NCBI GenBank assembly: GCA_024277355.1
Contig: JAJRVL010000005.1
Location: forward strand, 60,001-92,000
From: an archaeon
GTDB taxonomy: Archaea; Iainarchaeota; Iainarchaeia; Iainarchaeales; 1-14-0-10-31-34
DNA: 32,000 nucleotides
Direction: 5' to 3'
Part shown: in pieces, positions 1-8,671 of the stretch
Numbering within the stretch: position 1 is the first letter of the stretch
How the letters are laid out: every line of letters begins with the position of its first letter
Translations under genes and position numbers: made by a program
Notes under the pieces: model-generated
Seen by the model: only the letters and a program-made list of their open reading frames with translations
Database searches by the model: none
What the model was told of the DNA's origin: nothing

Positions 1-351
1 TTCTTTTATTTTTTTTTCTACCATTGGAGGAAAAGCTTTTGGTCCTGTTACTGCTCCTGAAATTCCTGCTACTCTTCCTGATAATAAATGTCTTTTTTCT
101 TTTGTTCTTGGTCTTCTTGCTCTTCCTGTGTTAATGCTTCTTCCTGAAGCAGGATAAGCTCTTGCACCAATATATACCGCAGTTGTTTTTCTTCCTGCTC
201 TTATATCTGAACCTTTTTTCTGGAATGAATTTGATTCAATTGATAAAACATCTCTTTTAATTAAGTCAGGATTGTATTCTGAATCAAATACTTTTGGAAG
301 TTCTATTTCCTTGACTTTTTTTCCTTCAACTGAAACAACGTTTGCTTTCAT
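1..351 (-). CDS. rpl4: 50S ribosomal protein uL4 (N-terminal part; gene runs off the window start)
   Basis: The ATG at 349-351 lies 4 nt after the L3 TGA stop. My translation is MKANVVSVEGKKVKEIELPKVFDSEYNPDLIKRDVLSIESNSFQKKGSDIRAGRKTTAVYIGARAYPASGRSINTGRARRPR..., which is typical of archaeal uL4. It also fits the conserved rpl3-rpl4 order. This ORF is not in the supplied track. Confidence 0.8.
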   Translation of the reverse strand, partial: MKANVVSVEGKKVKEIELPKVFDSEYNPDLIKRDVLSIESNSFQKKGSDIRAGRKTTAVYIGARAYPASGRSINTGRARRPRTKEKRHLLSGRVAGISGAVTGPKAFPPMVEKKIKE

Positions 352-355
352 TTAA

Positions 356-1318
356 TCACTTTATTATATTTACATCCACTACTTTCATTGTTTTTGCTTT
401 TGTTTTTCTTATATTATGTCTTAATGCAATGCATCTTTTTGGTGTTCCTGGAATGCTTCCTGCAAGTAAAATATAATCATTTTTTATTTTTCCGTAATTT
501 TTTAATTCATTTAAGTCTTTTCCTTCGCCGACTAAAAGAATTTTTTTGTTATATTCTGTTCTTGTATGGTAACCCATTTGTCCTGGTCTTGCTACAGTAT
601 ACATTACTGTTGCTGGAGTCCAAGGAGAAATTGAACCAACAGCTCTTCTCTTTTTTGCTTTTGGTCTTTCCATTTTTACGCCAAATCTTTTAATGACTCC
701 TTGCATTCCTTTCCCTGTTGTTACTGCTTTAACATCAATAAATTGGTTTTCTTTTAATACGTCTTTTATTTTTAATTCTTTTCCTAATTTTTCTTTTGCA
801 AACTCAAACTGCTTTTCTTTTTCACCTGATAATCTTACTTCACTTACATCAGGTTTTTTCTTTCCCATTCCTGTTTCATAAGGAGATGAATGAACTAATA
901 AAGAAACATAAACTGCTTCACTTAATTTTTTTTCTAAATCTTCAACTGAATGTTTTTTCTTTTTTCTTGTAATACTTTTAATTTTTCTTTCTAAATGCTT
1001 GTTTGTTTTTTCAATTAAAACTTCTCCTAAAACTTTTTTTCCTGAAGTTGTTTTTTTGTATAATCTGATTCCAAAAACATTTAACACAGGGCATTCAATT
1101 ATTGTGGCTGAATAAACTCCTTCCTGTCCAAATCCAACTGATTTTTTTTGGTCATTTTTTGCTGTAACTGAAATCATTCCTGCTTTATAACCTAAAAAAT
1201 TTAATGGCTGGGTTTCTTTTAATTCAGGAAAAGTCTGGAAAGTAGGTGTTTCTTTTTTGGCTTTTTTTCTTGGATAATAAGCCATTGAACCTGAGTGCGG
1301 TTTATGTTTTTTTCCCAT
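356..1318 (-). CDS. rpl3: 50S ribosomal protein uL3
   Basis: The 320-aa ORF starts MGKKHKPHSGSMAYYPRKKA and contains ...GKGMQGVIKRFGV...SISPWTPATVMYTVARPGQMGYHTRTEYNKKIL, which are archaeal uL3 signatures. It ends on TGA, followed directly by rpl4. Confidence 0.95.
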   Translation of the reverse strand: MGKKHKPHSGSMAYYPRKKAKKETPTFQTFPELKETQPLNFLGYKAGMISVTAKNDQKKSVGFGQEGVYSATIIECPVLNVFGIRLYKKTTSGKKVLGEVLIEKTNKHLERKIKSITRKKKKHSVEDLEKKLSEAVYVSLLVHSSPYETGMGKKKPDVSEVRLSGEKEKQFEFAKEKLGKELKIKDVLKENQFIDVKAVTTGKGMQGVIKRFGVKMERPKAKKRRAVGSISPWTPATVMYTVARPGQMGYHTRTEYNKKILLVGEGKDLNELKNYGKIKNDYILLAGSIPGTPKRCIALRHNIRKTKAKTMKVVDVNIIK

Positions 1319-1380
1319 TAAATCACGTTTTTTTCCTTCAACATAAAGAATGCTGAAGTTTATACAGTGAAATCTGCTTT

Positions 1381-1388
1381 AAAAAAAA
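1381..1388 (-). terminator. Oligo-T tract (T8 on the coding strand), a candidate archaeal intrinsic terminator for the surface-protein gene
   Basis: The plus strand reads gcttt-aaaaaaaa-ctaag, so T8 is on the minus strand. It sits about 100 nt downstream of the 855-aa ORF stop and upstream of a TATA-like TGTATAAAC (about 1360-1368) preceding rpl3. Confidence 0.35.
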
Positions 1389-1483
1389 CTAAGTTTCTTT
1401 TCTAGCATTTATGCTCCTTAGAGCACAGTCTACTATAATAAGTAGTAATACTATTTTCTGCTGTAAAACTTATTTAAAGCTTT

Positions 1484-4051
1484 CTATTGCTTTTTCACAA
1501 GCATTACTACTATTATAATTATTATTGCAAGCAATCCAATTGTTACTGCTGCATTTTGTCCTAATGAAATTAACGCTGTTGCTGCTCCTATTTCTTTTGT
1601 TTCTGATTTAGTGTTAATTTCTTTGCCATTATCAAGAACAAATGAAACAGGAATTTCTTTTTCTGTTCCATTTGTTTTTAATTTAAAGAATACTTCTTTT
1701 GTTTCTCCTGCTTTAACTTCCACTTTAGTGTTTCCTTCTAGTGTCCATTCTTCTGGAATTTCAACAATCAAATTTCCATTGATTCCTTCTGCTGTTTCAT
1801 TTTCAATTGTTATTTTTAATTCTGTTTCATTAAATACTTTTTTTGTTGTTTCAGCGGAAATTTTTATTTCTTTTTCTTCAACAATTAATTCTATTGCTTT
1901 TTCAATTCTTTTTCCTGCTGATTCAACTACAAGAACTGCATTATATTTTCCTGAATTTTCTGCTTTAATTTCAATGCTTATTGTTCTATTTGAATTAGCC
2001 GGAATTACTATGCTTTTTTCATTTGCTTTTAATAAACCTAAATCTTCCATAAAAACTCTGAATTCTTTTGATGAAGAAGAATTATTAATTAAAGTAAAAG
2101 AAATGCTGTCATCTAAAGAAACTATTTTTTTTGAAGGGAAATCAGTTACTTCAAAAGCCTGTTCTGAAGAAATTATTTTTGTGGTCTTTGACTGAACATT
2201 ACATTCTGTTAATGAAACATCATAAACCAGATAATTTTCTTTCCCTTCTAATAATTCAACTTCAATTGTTTTTGTAAAAGAATAATTTTTTGGAATGTTA
2301 ATTGAATAAGGGCTTACACTTAAATTTGTTCCGTTAATTTTTATTGTTCCTGTTTTGCTTAAAGGATTGTTTATTTTTAATGTAATTTTTTCTTTTCCTA
2401 AAACACTTTTAATGCTAGGGACTTCCAAAGAAAAATCTGAACAATTGTCTGTTGTTTCCTGTTCTTCTTCATCTTCATTTCCTGTGTTATTGTTATAGTA
2501 ATCTGAATTATTTACTTTTAAGTTAAAACTTTTTCTTGTATCTGAAAAAGAACAAGTTTCTCCATTTTCAAATTTTCCTTTTACTTTAAAATAAGCAGTT
2601 GAAGTTTTATCTGAACTTACATTATCTGTTTTTACACTAAAAGAAACATTTTTTTCAGAGTTGTTATTTATATAAGAAGGAAAATCAATGTTTCTGAATT
2701 CTGCAAAAGAAGTAAATTCATCAAAGTCTATTCCTTCAATGTAAAATCTTTCATTTGAATTGTTTTCGACTGAAAAAGAAGCTGAAAAATAATCGTTTTC
2801 ATTTAAATTTAAATTTTTTGTATTTAAGTAAATGTCATTGCATTCTCCTTCATTAAAATAAGAATTTTCTACTGTAATGTTTACTGTTTCTTCTCTTATT
2901 TCTGAATAAGAACAGTAATTTCCGCCGGAATAATGCCCTGAAATTCTAATGTAAATTTTTCCTGTTTCATTAAATGAAACTGAATTACTGTTTATTTTGT
3001 AGTCAAATTCTCTTGAAGAGTTTTTTGGAATTAAGCTTGGATTATAACTTTCTGTTGCATTAAAATAAGAACTATTATCTAATACATCAAAATCATCAAT
3101 ATAAAAAGCTGAATCAGAATAATTTCTCACAGTAAAAGAAAAAGTTTCTGAGTCATTTTCCTGTATTCTTTCATTTGAAGCACTAATACTTATGTTTCCG
3201 CATGAATTATCAAATGAGTTATCTGAAACTCTTACAATAAAATCTTTTTTTATGTCTGAATAAGAACAGGTTTTTCCTGAAGCAAATTCTCCTTTAATTT
3301 TTAAAGTTGCAGTTCCGGTTCTATCTGAATTAACTTCAGAACTATTAACTTTCAGTCTTACTTGTCCTAAACCATCTGAAGCAATAGATGAATCATTTGA
3401 ATTAGTAAAAACTCCAAAAAATGATTCATATTCAACTGGTGAAACTCCTTTAATGTAAAATCTTTCATTTGAATTATTTTTTATATTAAAAGTAACAAAT
3501 TCTGTTTCATTTTCATTCATTGCAACTGAATTAGAAAAAATTTCTATATCGTCGCAATAAGAATCAAAACCTGAATTAACTAAATCTACAAAAGCAATAT
3601 TAGAGCCTGAATTATAATAATCAGTTGAATTTTCTGCATAAACAATTACTTTATATTTTGAATAATAATCATCAATAAAAAATGCGTCATACCAGTAAAC
3701 TGTCTTGTAATTAAGATAATTTAATGAAATATTTCTTGTATTAGTTGTCTTTAAATAAACCCAGCCGTTATTGTAGCCGTAAATTTCAGCATAAGCTTGA
3801 ATCCAGTCGTTGTAATAATAGTCGCCGTAATAATTATAATAATCCAAAAAAAGTTCTGCTCTTATGTCAACTGCATCGTTGTCGTTTACATTAATTGAAT
3901 TACTCCAATAAGAATCATAATCGCTTCTTAATTCAACTGAAGAAACTTCAACAAAAAAAGGATGCGAAGTATCAGTAAACACAGCTGAATTCACATTAGA
4001 TAAAATAAAAATTAAAAGCATTATTATAGACAAAAACTTTCTCATAAACAA
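1484..4051 (-). CDS. Large secreted, C-terminally membrane-anchored surface protein (S-layer/CARDB- or NEW3-like Ig-fold repeats), probably heavily N-glycosylated
   Basis: There is an N-terminal signal peptide (MFMRKFLSIIMLLIFILSNVNSA) and a C-terminal TM anchor followed by KKQ (VTIGLLAIIIIIVVMLVKKQ). The N-domain is Tyr/Asn-rich (YYNYYGDYYYNDW). Three repeats of about 118-120 aa each carry a Cys pair. The C-terminal modules fit the pattern ...IPEEWTLEGNTKVEVKAGETKEVFFKLK..., typical of archaeal cell-surface Ig-like domains. I hand-counted about 30 N-X-S/T sequons. Confidence 0.7.
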   Translation of the reverse strand: MFMRKFLSIIMLLIFILSNVNSAVFTDTSHPFFVEVSSVELRSDYDSYWSNSINVNDNDAVDIRAELFLDYYNYYGDYYYNDWIQAYAEIYGYNNGWVYLKTTNTRNISLNYLNYKTVYWYDAFFIDDYYSKYKVIVYAENSTDYYNSGSNIAFVDLVNSGFDSYCDDIEIFSNSVAMNENETEFVTFNIKNNSNERFYIKGVSPVEYESFFGVFTNSNDSSIASDGLGQVRLKVNSSEVNSDRTGTATLKIKGEFASGKTCSYSDIKKDFIVRVSDNSFDNSCGNISISASNERIQENDSETFSFTVRNYSDSAFYIDDFDVLDNSSYFNATESYNPSLIPKNSSREFDYKINSNSVSFNETGKIYIRISGHYSGGNYCSYSEIREETVNITVENSYFNEGECNDIYLNTKNLNLNENDYFSASFSVENNSNERFYIEGIDFDEFTSFAEFRNIDFPSYINNNSEKNVSFSVKTDNVSSDKTSTAYFKVKGKFENGETCSFSDTRKSFNLKVNNSDYYNNNTGNEDEEEQETTDNCSDFSLEVPSIKSVLGKEKITLKINNPLSKTGTIKINGTNLSVSPYSINIPKNYSFTKTIEVELLEGKENYLVYDVSLTECNVQSKTTKIISSEQAFEVTDFPSKKIVSLDDSISFTLINNSSSSKEFRVFMEDLGLLKANEKSIVIPANSNRTISIEIKAENSGKYNAVLVVESAGKRIEKAIELIVEEKEIKISAETTKKVFNETELKITIENETAEGINGNLIVEIPEEWTLEGNTKVEVKAGETKEVFFKLKTNGTEKEIPVSFVLDNGKEINTKSETKEIGAATALISLGQNAAVTIGLLAIIIIIVVMLVKKQ
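2444..3556 (-). repeat. Three tandem intragenic domain repeats (about 118, 120 and 133 aa) inside the surface protein
   Basis: The repeats start at C166, C284 and C404. The partner Cys residues are C262, C380 and C500, exactly 96 residues later in each copy. Shared motifs are NERFYI(K/E)G and C-S-(Y/F)-S-(D/E). A 24-nt block, aatgtaaaatctttcatttgaatt, is identical at 2738-2761 and 3452-3475. Those are 714 nt apart, which equals two repeat units. Confidence 0.8.
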
Positions 4052-4143
4052 CCACCATTAACCACTCAAAAGTGGTAAAATTATATATAAGTCTGTAATT
4101 TAATGTATTTAAACATAATGTTTGAGTTTTTTACTTCTTTTTT

Positions 4144-5574
4144 TTAACCTTTTACAACTCCAATTGGAGTTAATCTTGCAACTTTTTTTGCTATTCCGCT
4201 TACTTCTAATGAATTAATTACTTCATCTATATCTTTGTATGCTTCAGGCATTTCTTCAGATAAAGTTTTTGGAGATCTGGACTTAACAAATCTTCCGTTT
4301 TCTTCCATTTCTTTTTTTACTTGTTCCCCGTTTTTTGTTTTAATTGCTTTTGTTCTGGACATTACTCTTCCTGCTCCGTGGGCAACAGAACCAAAAGTTT
4401 CCTGTAATCCTTTTTCTGTTCCTATTACAATCCATGATGAAGTTCCCATTGAGCCAGGAATAATTGCCGGATGTCCTGAATCCAGATAACTTTTTGGGTT
4501 TTCTTTTTTTCCTGCAGGAAAAGCTCTTGTTGCTCCTTTTCTATGAACTAATAATTTTTCTTTTTTTCCGTTTAATTCATGTTCTTCAAATTTAGCAATA
4601 TTATGTGCTACATCATAAACTAACTTCATTTCCATTTCTTCTGCTTTTTTTCCTAAAACTTTTTCAAAACTTTTTCTTGTCCAGTGAGTAATTAACTGCC
4701 TGTTTGCAAAAGCATAATTTACTGCACAAGCCATAGCTTCTAAATAATCTTTTCCTTCTTTTGAATTAATTGGAGTGCAGGCTAATTGTTTATCTGAAAC
4801 GTTAATTGAATATTTTTTCATTGCATTTTCCATTGTCTCTAAATAATCTGATGCAATCTGATGTCCAAAACCTCTGCTTCCGCAATGAATCATTATAGTT
4901 AAATTTCCTTTTTTTAAACCGAATTTTTCTGCTGTTTTTTCATCAAAAATTTTTTCTACTTTTTGTATTTCTAAAAAATGATTTCCTGACCCTAATGAAC
5001 CTAATTGTTTTACTCCTCTTTGAACTGCTTTTTCTGAAACTTTTTTTGGATTAGCATTTTCTAATTTTCCGTTTTCTTCTGTGTTTTCAATATCTTGTTT
5101 CCATCCAAAACCGTTTTCTACTGCCCATTTACTTCCTTTTTTCATTACTTCAATTAACTGCCTTTTATCTATTTTTAGTTGTCCTTTTGAACCTATTCCT
5201 GCAGGAACTTGCTTAAACAATTCTTCTAGTAATTCCTGTTCTTTTCCTTTAATGTCTTTTTCAGTTAAATTTGTTTTAATTAATCTTACTCCGCAGTTAA
5301 TGTCAAACCCTATTCCTCCTGGAGAAACAACACCGTTTTCTGAATTAAATGCTGCTATGCCTCCAATTGGAAAACCATAACCCCAATGACAGTCAGGCAT
5401 TGCAATTGAATATTTTTGTATTCCTGGAAGTTCAGCTACATTAACTAATTGTTGTATTGCATTTTCTTCTATTTGTTCAAGTAATTTTTTTGTTGCATAA
5501 ATTCTTGCAGGCACTAACATTTTTCCTTGCTTTTCTATTTCATAAATTCCTTTTTTTATTTCTTTTAAATTCAT
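4144..5574 (-). CDS. rtcB: RtcB RNA 3'-phosphate ligase (tRNA-splicing ligase)
   Basis: The 476-aa ORF carries RtcB metal and GTP-site motifs: MPDCHWGYGFPIGG, GFDINCG, GSGNHFLE, HCGSRGFGHQ, HNIA, HRKGATRA and HGAGR. The length is canonical, so there is no intein. Confidence 0.95.
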   Translation of the reverse strand: MNLKEIKKGIYEIEKQGKMLVPARIYATKKLLEQIEENAIQQLVNVAELPGIQKYSIAMPDCHWGYGFPIGGIAAFNSENGVVSPGGIGFDINCGVRLIKTNLTEKDIKGKEQELLEELFKQVPAGIGSKGQLKIDKRQLIEVMKKGSKWAVENGFGWKQDIENTEENGKLENANPKKVSEKAVQRGVKQLGSLGSGNHFLEIQKVEKIFDEKTAEKFGLKKGNLTIMIHCGSRGFGHQIASDYLETMENAMKKYSINVSDKQLACTPINSKEGKDYLEAMACAVNYAFANRQLITHWTRKSFEKVLGKKAEEMEMKLVYDVAHNIAKFEEHELNGKKEKLLVHRKGATRAFPAGKKENPKSYLDSGHPAIIPGSMGTSSWIVIGTEKGLQETFGSVAHGAGRVMSRTKAIKTKNGEQVKKEMEENGRFVKSRSPKTLSEEMPEAYKDIDEVINSLEVSGIAKKVARLTPIGVVKG

Positions 5575-5586
5575 TTTGTCTTCACT

Positions 5587-6021
5587 TTAAACATCAACTA
5601 ATACTTCTGCTGTCCATTCTTCTTTTTTTTCTACTTTGAATTCATGTTTTGTTATTGCTTTGATTTCTGTTTTGATTTCGTGTTTGTCTAAATTAATTTT
5701 TTCTCCTAAACAGAAAACTATTAATTTAAATTCAGTTTTTTCATTGATTTTTTTTTCTGTTAATTTTTTTATTTGAAATTCAGAAAAAATTAATTCGTTT
5801 GCATCAATTTCAAATAATAATTCCTGCAAAAATTTAAATAAAAGTTGTTCAAATGATTCTGCTTTAATTTCAATTATTCCTTTTCCTTTTTTTTCTATTT
5901 CTTTTAAGTCAATAATTGAATTGCATAAAGCTTTACCTGAATTAATAATTAGTTCTTCTTTTGTTTTGCCGTAAGCCTTAAATTTAATGTCTGCTGTATG
6001 CTCTAAATATTCATATTGCAT
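5587..6021 (-). CDS. Archease (RtcB activator)
   Basis: The 144-aa ORF has the N-terminal MQYEYLEHTADIKFKAYG signature (Y-x-EHTAD) typical of archease. It lies 12 nt upstream of rtcB on the same strand. Confidence 0.85.
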   Translation of the reverse strand: MQYEYLEHTADIKFKAYGKTKEELIINSGKALCNSIIDLKEIEKKGKGIIEIKAESFEQLLFKFLQELLFEIDANELIFSEFQIKKLTEKKINEKTEFKLIVFCLGEKINLDKHEIKTEIKAITKHEFKVEKKEEWTAEVLVDV

Positions 6022-6040
6022 AATAAAAGAAAGGAAACCA

Positions 6041-6052
6041 GCTTTTATTAAA
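6041..6052 (-). promoter_or_regulatory. TATA-like box (TTTAATAAAAGC on the minus strand) upstream of archease; the spacing suggests a leaderless or near-leaderless transcript
   Basis: The element is centred about 26 nt upstream of the archease ATG (6019-6021). This matches the usual archaeal distance from TATA box to transcription start. Confidence 0.4.
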
Positions 6053-6070
6053 GGTTTTTAAAATTAGAAA

Positions 6071-6379
6071 TTATTCCTTTAATTCAATTTCAACGTGAAC
6101 TTGTTCTGGGATTTCTACTCTCATTATTCTTCTTAAAGTTCTTTCGTCTGCTTCAATGTCTAATAATCTTTTATGAATTCTCATTTCCCATTTATCAATT
6201 GAACTTGTTCCGCCGCCAGGCATTCCTTTTCTTGTAGGAACAGTTAATTTTCTTGTAGGTAAAGGAATACTTCCTGAATGCTTTACTCCTGTTCTGTTTG
6301 CGACTTCTTTAATTTTTTCACAGATATCTTCAAGTAATTTGAAGTCAGGGCTTGTTAATTTAATTCTTGCTTTTCTCAT
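6071..6379 (-). CDS. rps10: 30S ribosomal protein uS10
   Basis: MRKARIKLTSPDFKLLEDICEKIKEVANRTGVKHSGSIPLPTRKLTVPTRKGMPGGGTSSIDKWEMRIHKRLLDIEADERTLRRIM is a classic archaeal uS10. I chose the start at the fourth ORF codon (MRKARI); the ORF track extends to 6388. Confidence 0.93.
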   Translation of the reverse strand: MRKARIKLTSPDFKLLEDICEKIKEVANRTGVKHSGSIPLPTRKLTVPTRKGMPGGGTSSIDKWEMRIHKRLLDIEADERTLRRIMRVEIPEQVHVEIELKE

Positions 6380-6455
6380 ATATATCAATATTCCTTTGAT
6401 TTAATCTTTTCTAAAATAGCTTAAAAAAGATAAAAGAAATGAAAGCTTAAAGCCT

Positions 6456-7721
<1,266 letters not shown>

Positions 7722-7729
7722 TTGAAATA

Positions 7730-7736
7730 CACCTCC
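7730..7736 (-). promoter_or_regulatory. Shine-Dalgarno sequence (GGAGGTG) for tuf
   Basis: Plus-strand cacctcc at 7730-7736 gives GGAGGTG on the minus strand, with an 8-nt spacer to the ATG at 7721. Confidence 0.6.
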
Positions 7737-7890
7737 AAAGGTAAAATTCACTTTAATGTTTGAACATTTAATTTTGTAAAAAAACACTTTAATTAAAGAA
7801 AATAGTGCTTTCTCCAATTATTATTCTTTAAAACAAAAACTATTTAAATGCTTTTATAAAGGATTCTGGATTCTTTTAACTTAAAAAACA

Positions 7891-7906
7891 TATTTTTAAA
7901 TTAAAG
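7891..7906 (+). promoter_or_regulatory. TATA-like box (TATTTTTAAATTAAAG) for the plus-strand orphan gene; probably a leaderless mRNA
   Basis: The element is centred about 27 nt upstream of the ATG at 7925. No Shine-Dalgarno is visible between it and the ATG. Confidence 0.4.
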
Positions 7907-7924
7907 TTTGAAGTTAATTATTTT

Positions 7925-8662
7925 ATGCCAAAAGGAAAAAACAGGCTGCCTAAAAGCAGGTTAGTGGAAGTTCTTTCAGAGAAAAAAAAAGTGTTGGAAA
8001 TAAAAAGACCTAAATCAATGGAAAAAAGCAGGATTATTTCTCCTAAACTGGCTTTAAAGACTGCAGTAACTTTTTTAAATGATGCGACAAAAAGAAATTC
8101 TAATAATTCAACTAAATTTTTTCATAAATTAAAATCTTCAAAAAGTACAAGTTCTTTTGCTATTTTTGGTTTTGGTGGAAGAAATATTAACAGAGGAGCT
8201 TTTGTTCAAAGAATTGAATCCATATTAAAAGGAGATGATTTAACTGAAGTTAAAAGACAGTTTGAAAGACAGTTTAGTAAATTAACAAGATATTCTTTGG
8301 CTGATTTAGTTGAATTAAGCGGAAGTCCTTTGTTAGGTTCAAGAGGAACCGCTAAAGTTGAAGTTACAAAAAAAAATGGCGTTAATAATGTTGTTTTGCT
8401 TGGTGCGGCTGTTCCAAGTTTTAAAAGAAATTCTACAGTAGTTGAAAGAAATAAGCGTTTTCTTTATGAAAATTTAATTAATAATGTTAGAAGGGTTTAT
8501 GGAAAAAAAACTAATTTTACAATTAGAATTCCAAAAGAAGATTCAAGAATTGCAAGTTATTTAGAAAGCAAATTTGTTATTGAAAAAACTGAATCAATGC
8601 CTAATATTATAAGTTTAACAATAGACTTAAGTAAAACATATAAAAGAAAAAAAGGAAAATAA
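7925..8662 (+). CDS. Hypothetical basic protein (245 aa), no family recognised
   Basis: This is a clean ATG-to-TAA ORF and the only plus-strand gene within the first 20 kb. It has its own TATA-like box and a T9 tract after the stop. The composition is Lys/Arg/Ser/Asn-rich, with no Cys and a single His. I recognise no catalytic motif. Confidence 0.55.
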   Translation: MPKGKNRLPKSRLVEVLSEKKKVLEIKRPKSMEKSRIISPKLALKTAVTFLNDATKRNSNNSTKFFHKLKSSKSTSSFAIFGFGGRNINRGAFVQRIESILKGDDLTEVKRQFERQFSKLTRYSLADLVELSGSPLLGSRGTAKVEVTKKNGVNNVVLLGAAVPSFKRNSTVVERNKRFLYENLINNVRRVYGKKTNFTIRIPKEDSRIASYLESKFVIEKTESMPNIISLTIDLSKTYKRKKGK

Positions 8663-8671
8663 TTTTTTTTT
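8663..8671 (+). terminator. T9 tract immediately after the orphan gene stop, a candidate archaeal oligo-T terminator
   Basis: The sequence taa-ttttttttt occurs at 8660-8671. The tract overlaps the convergent fusA stop codon (8670-8672). Confidence 0.35.

Noticed and set aside
388-881. Plus-strand ORFs (101 aa and 62 aa) antisense to rpl3
   Set aside because: They are F/L/S-rich, low-complexity shadow ORFs on the opposite strand of a strongly conserved gene, which is typical in AT-rich genomes. They have no recognisable motifs or start context.
1383-1412. 23-codon sORF (MLEKKLSFFLKQISLYKLQHSLC) in the rpl3 upstream spacer, preceded by AAGGAG
   Set aside because: It is short, with no paralogue or conservation evidence available, and it spans the T8 terminator-like tract. 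The coordinates are approximate and the SD-like match may be fortuitous.
1611-2195. 194-aa plus-strand ORF antisense to the surface-protein gene
   Set aside because: It lies entirely within the better-supported 855-aa ORF, which has a signal peptide, repeats and a TM anchor. Its composition looks like an antisense artefact.
7722-7817. 32-codon N-terminal extension of the tuf ORF ([32 protein letters not shown])
   Set aside because: EF-1alpha canonically begins right before the G1 motif. A GGAGGTG Shine-Dalgarno sits 8 nt upstream of the internal ATG at 7721, and the extension covers that ribosome-binding site and likely promoter.
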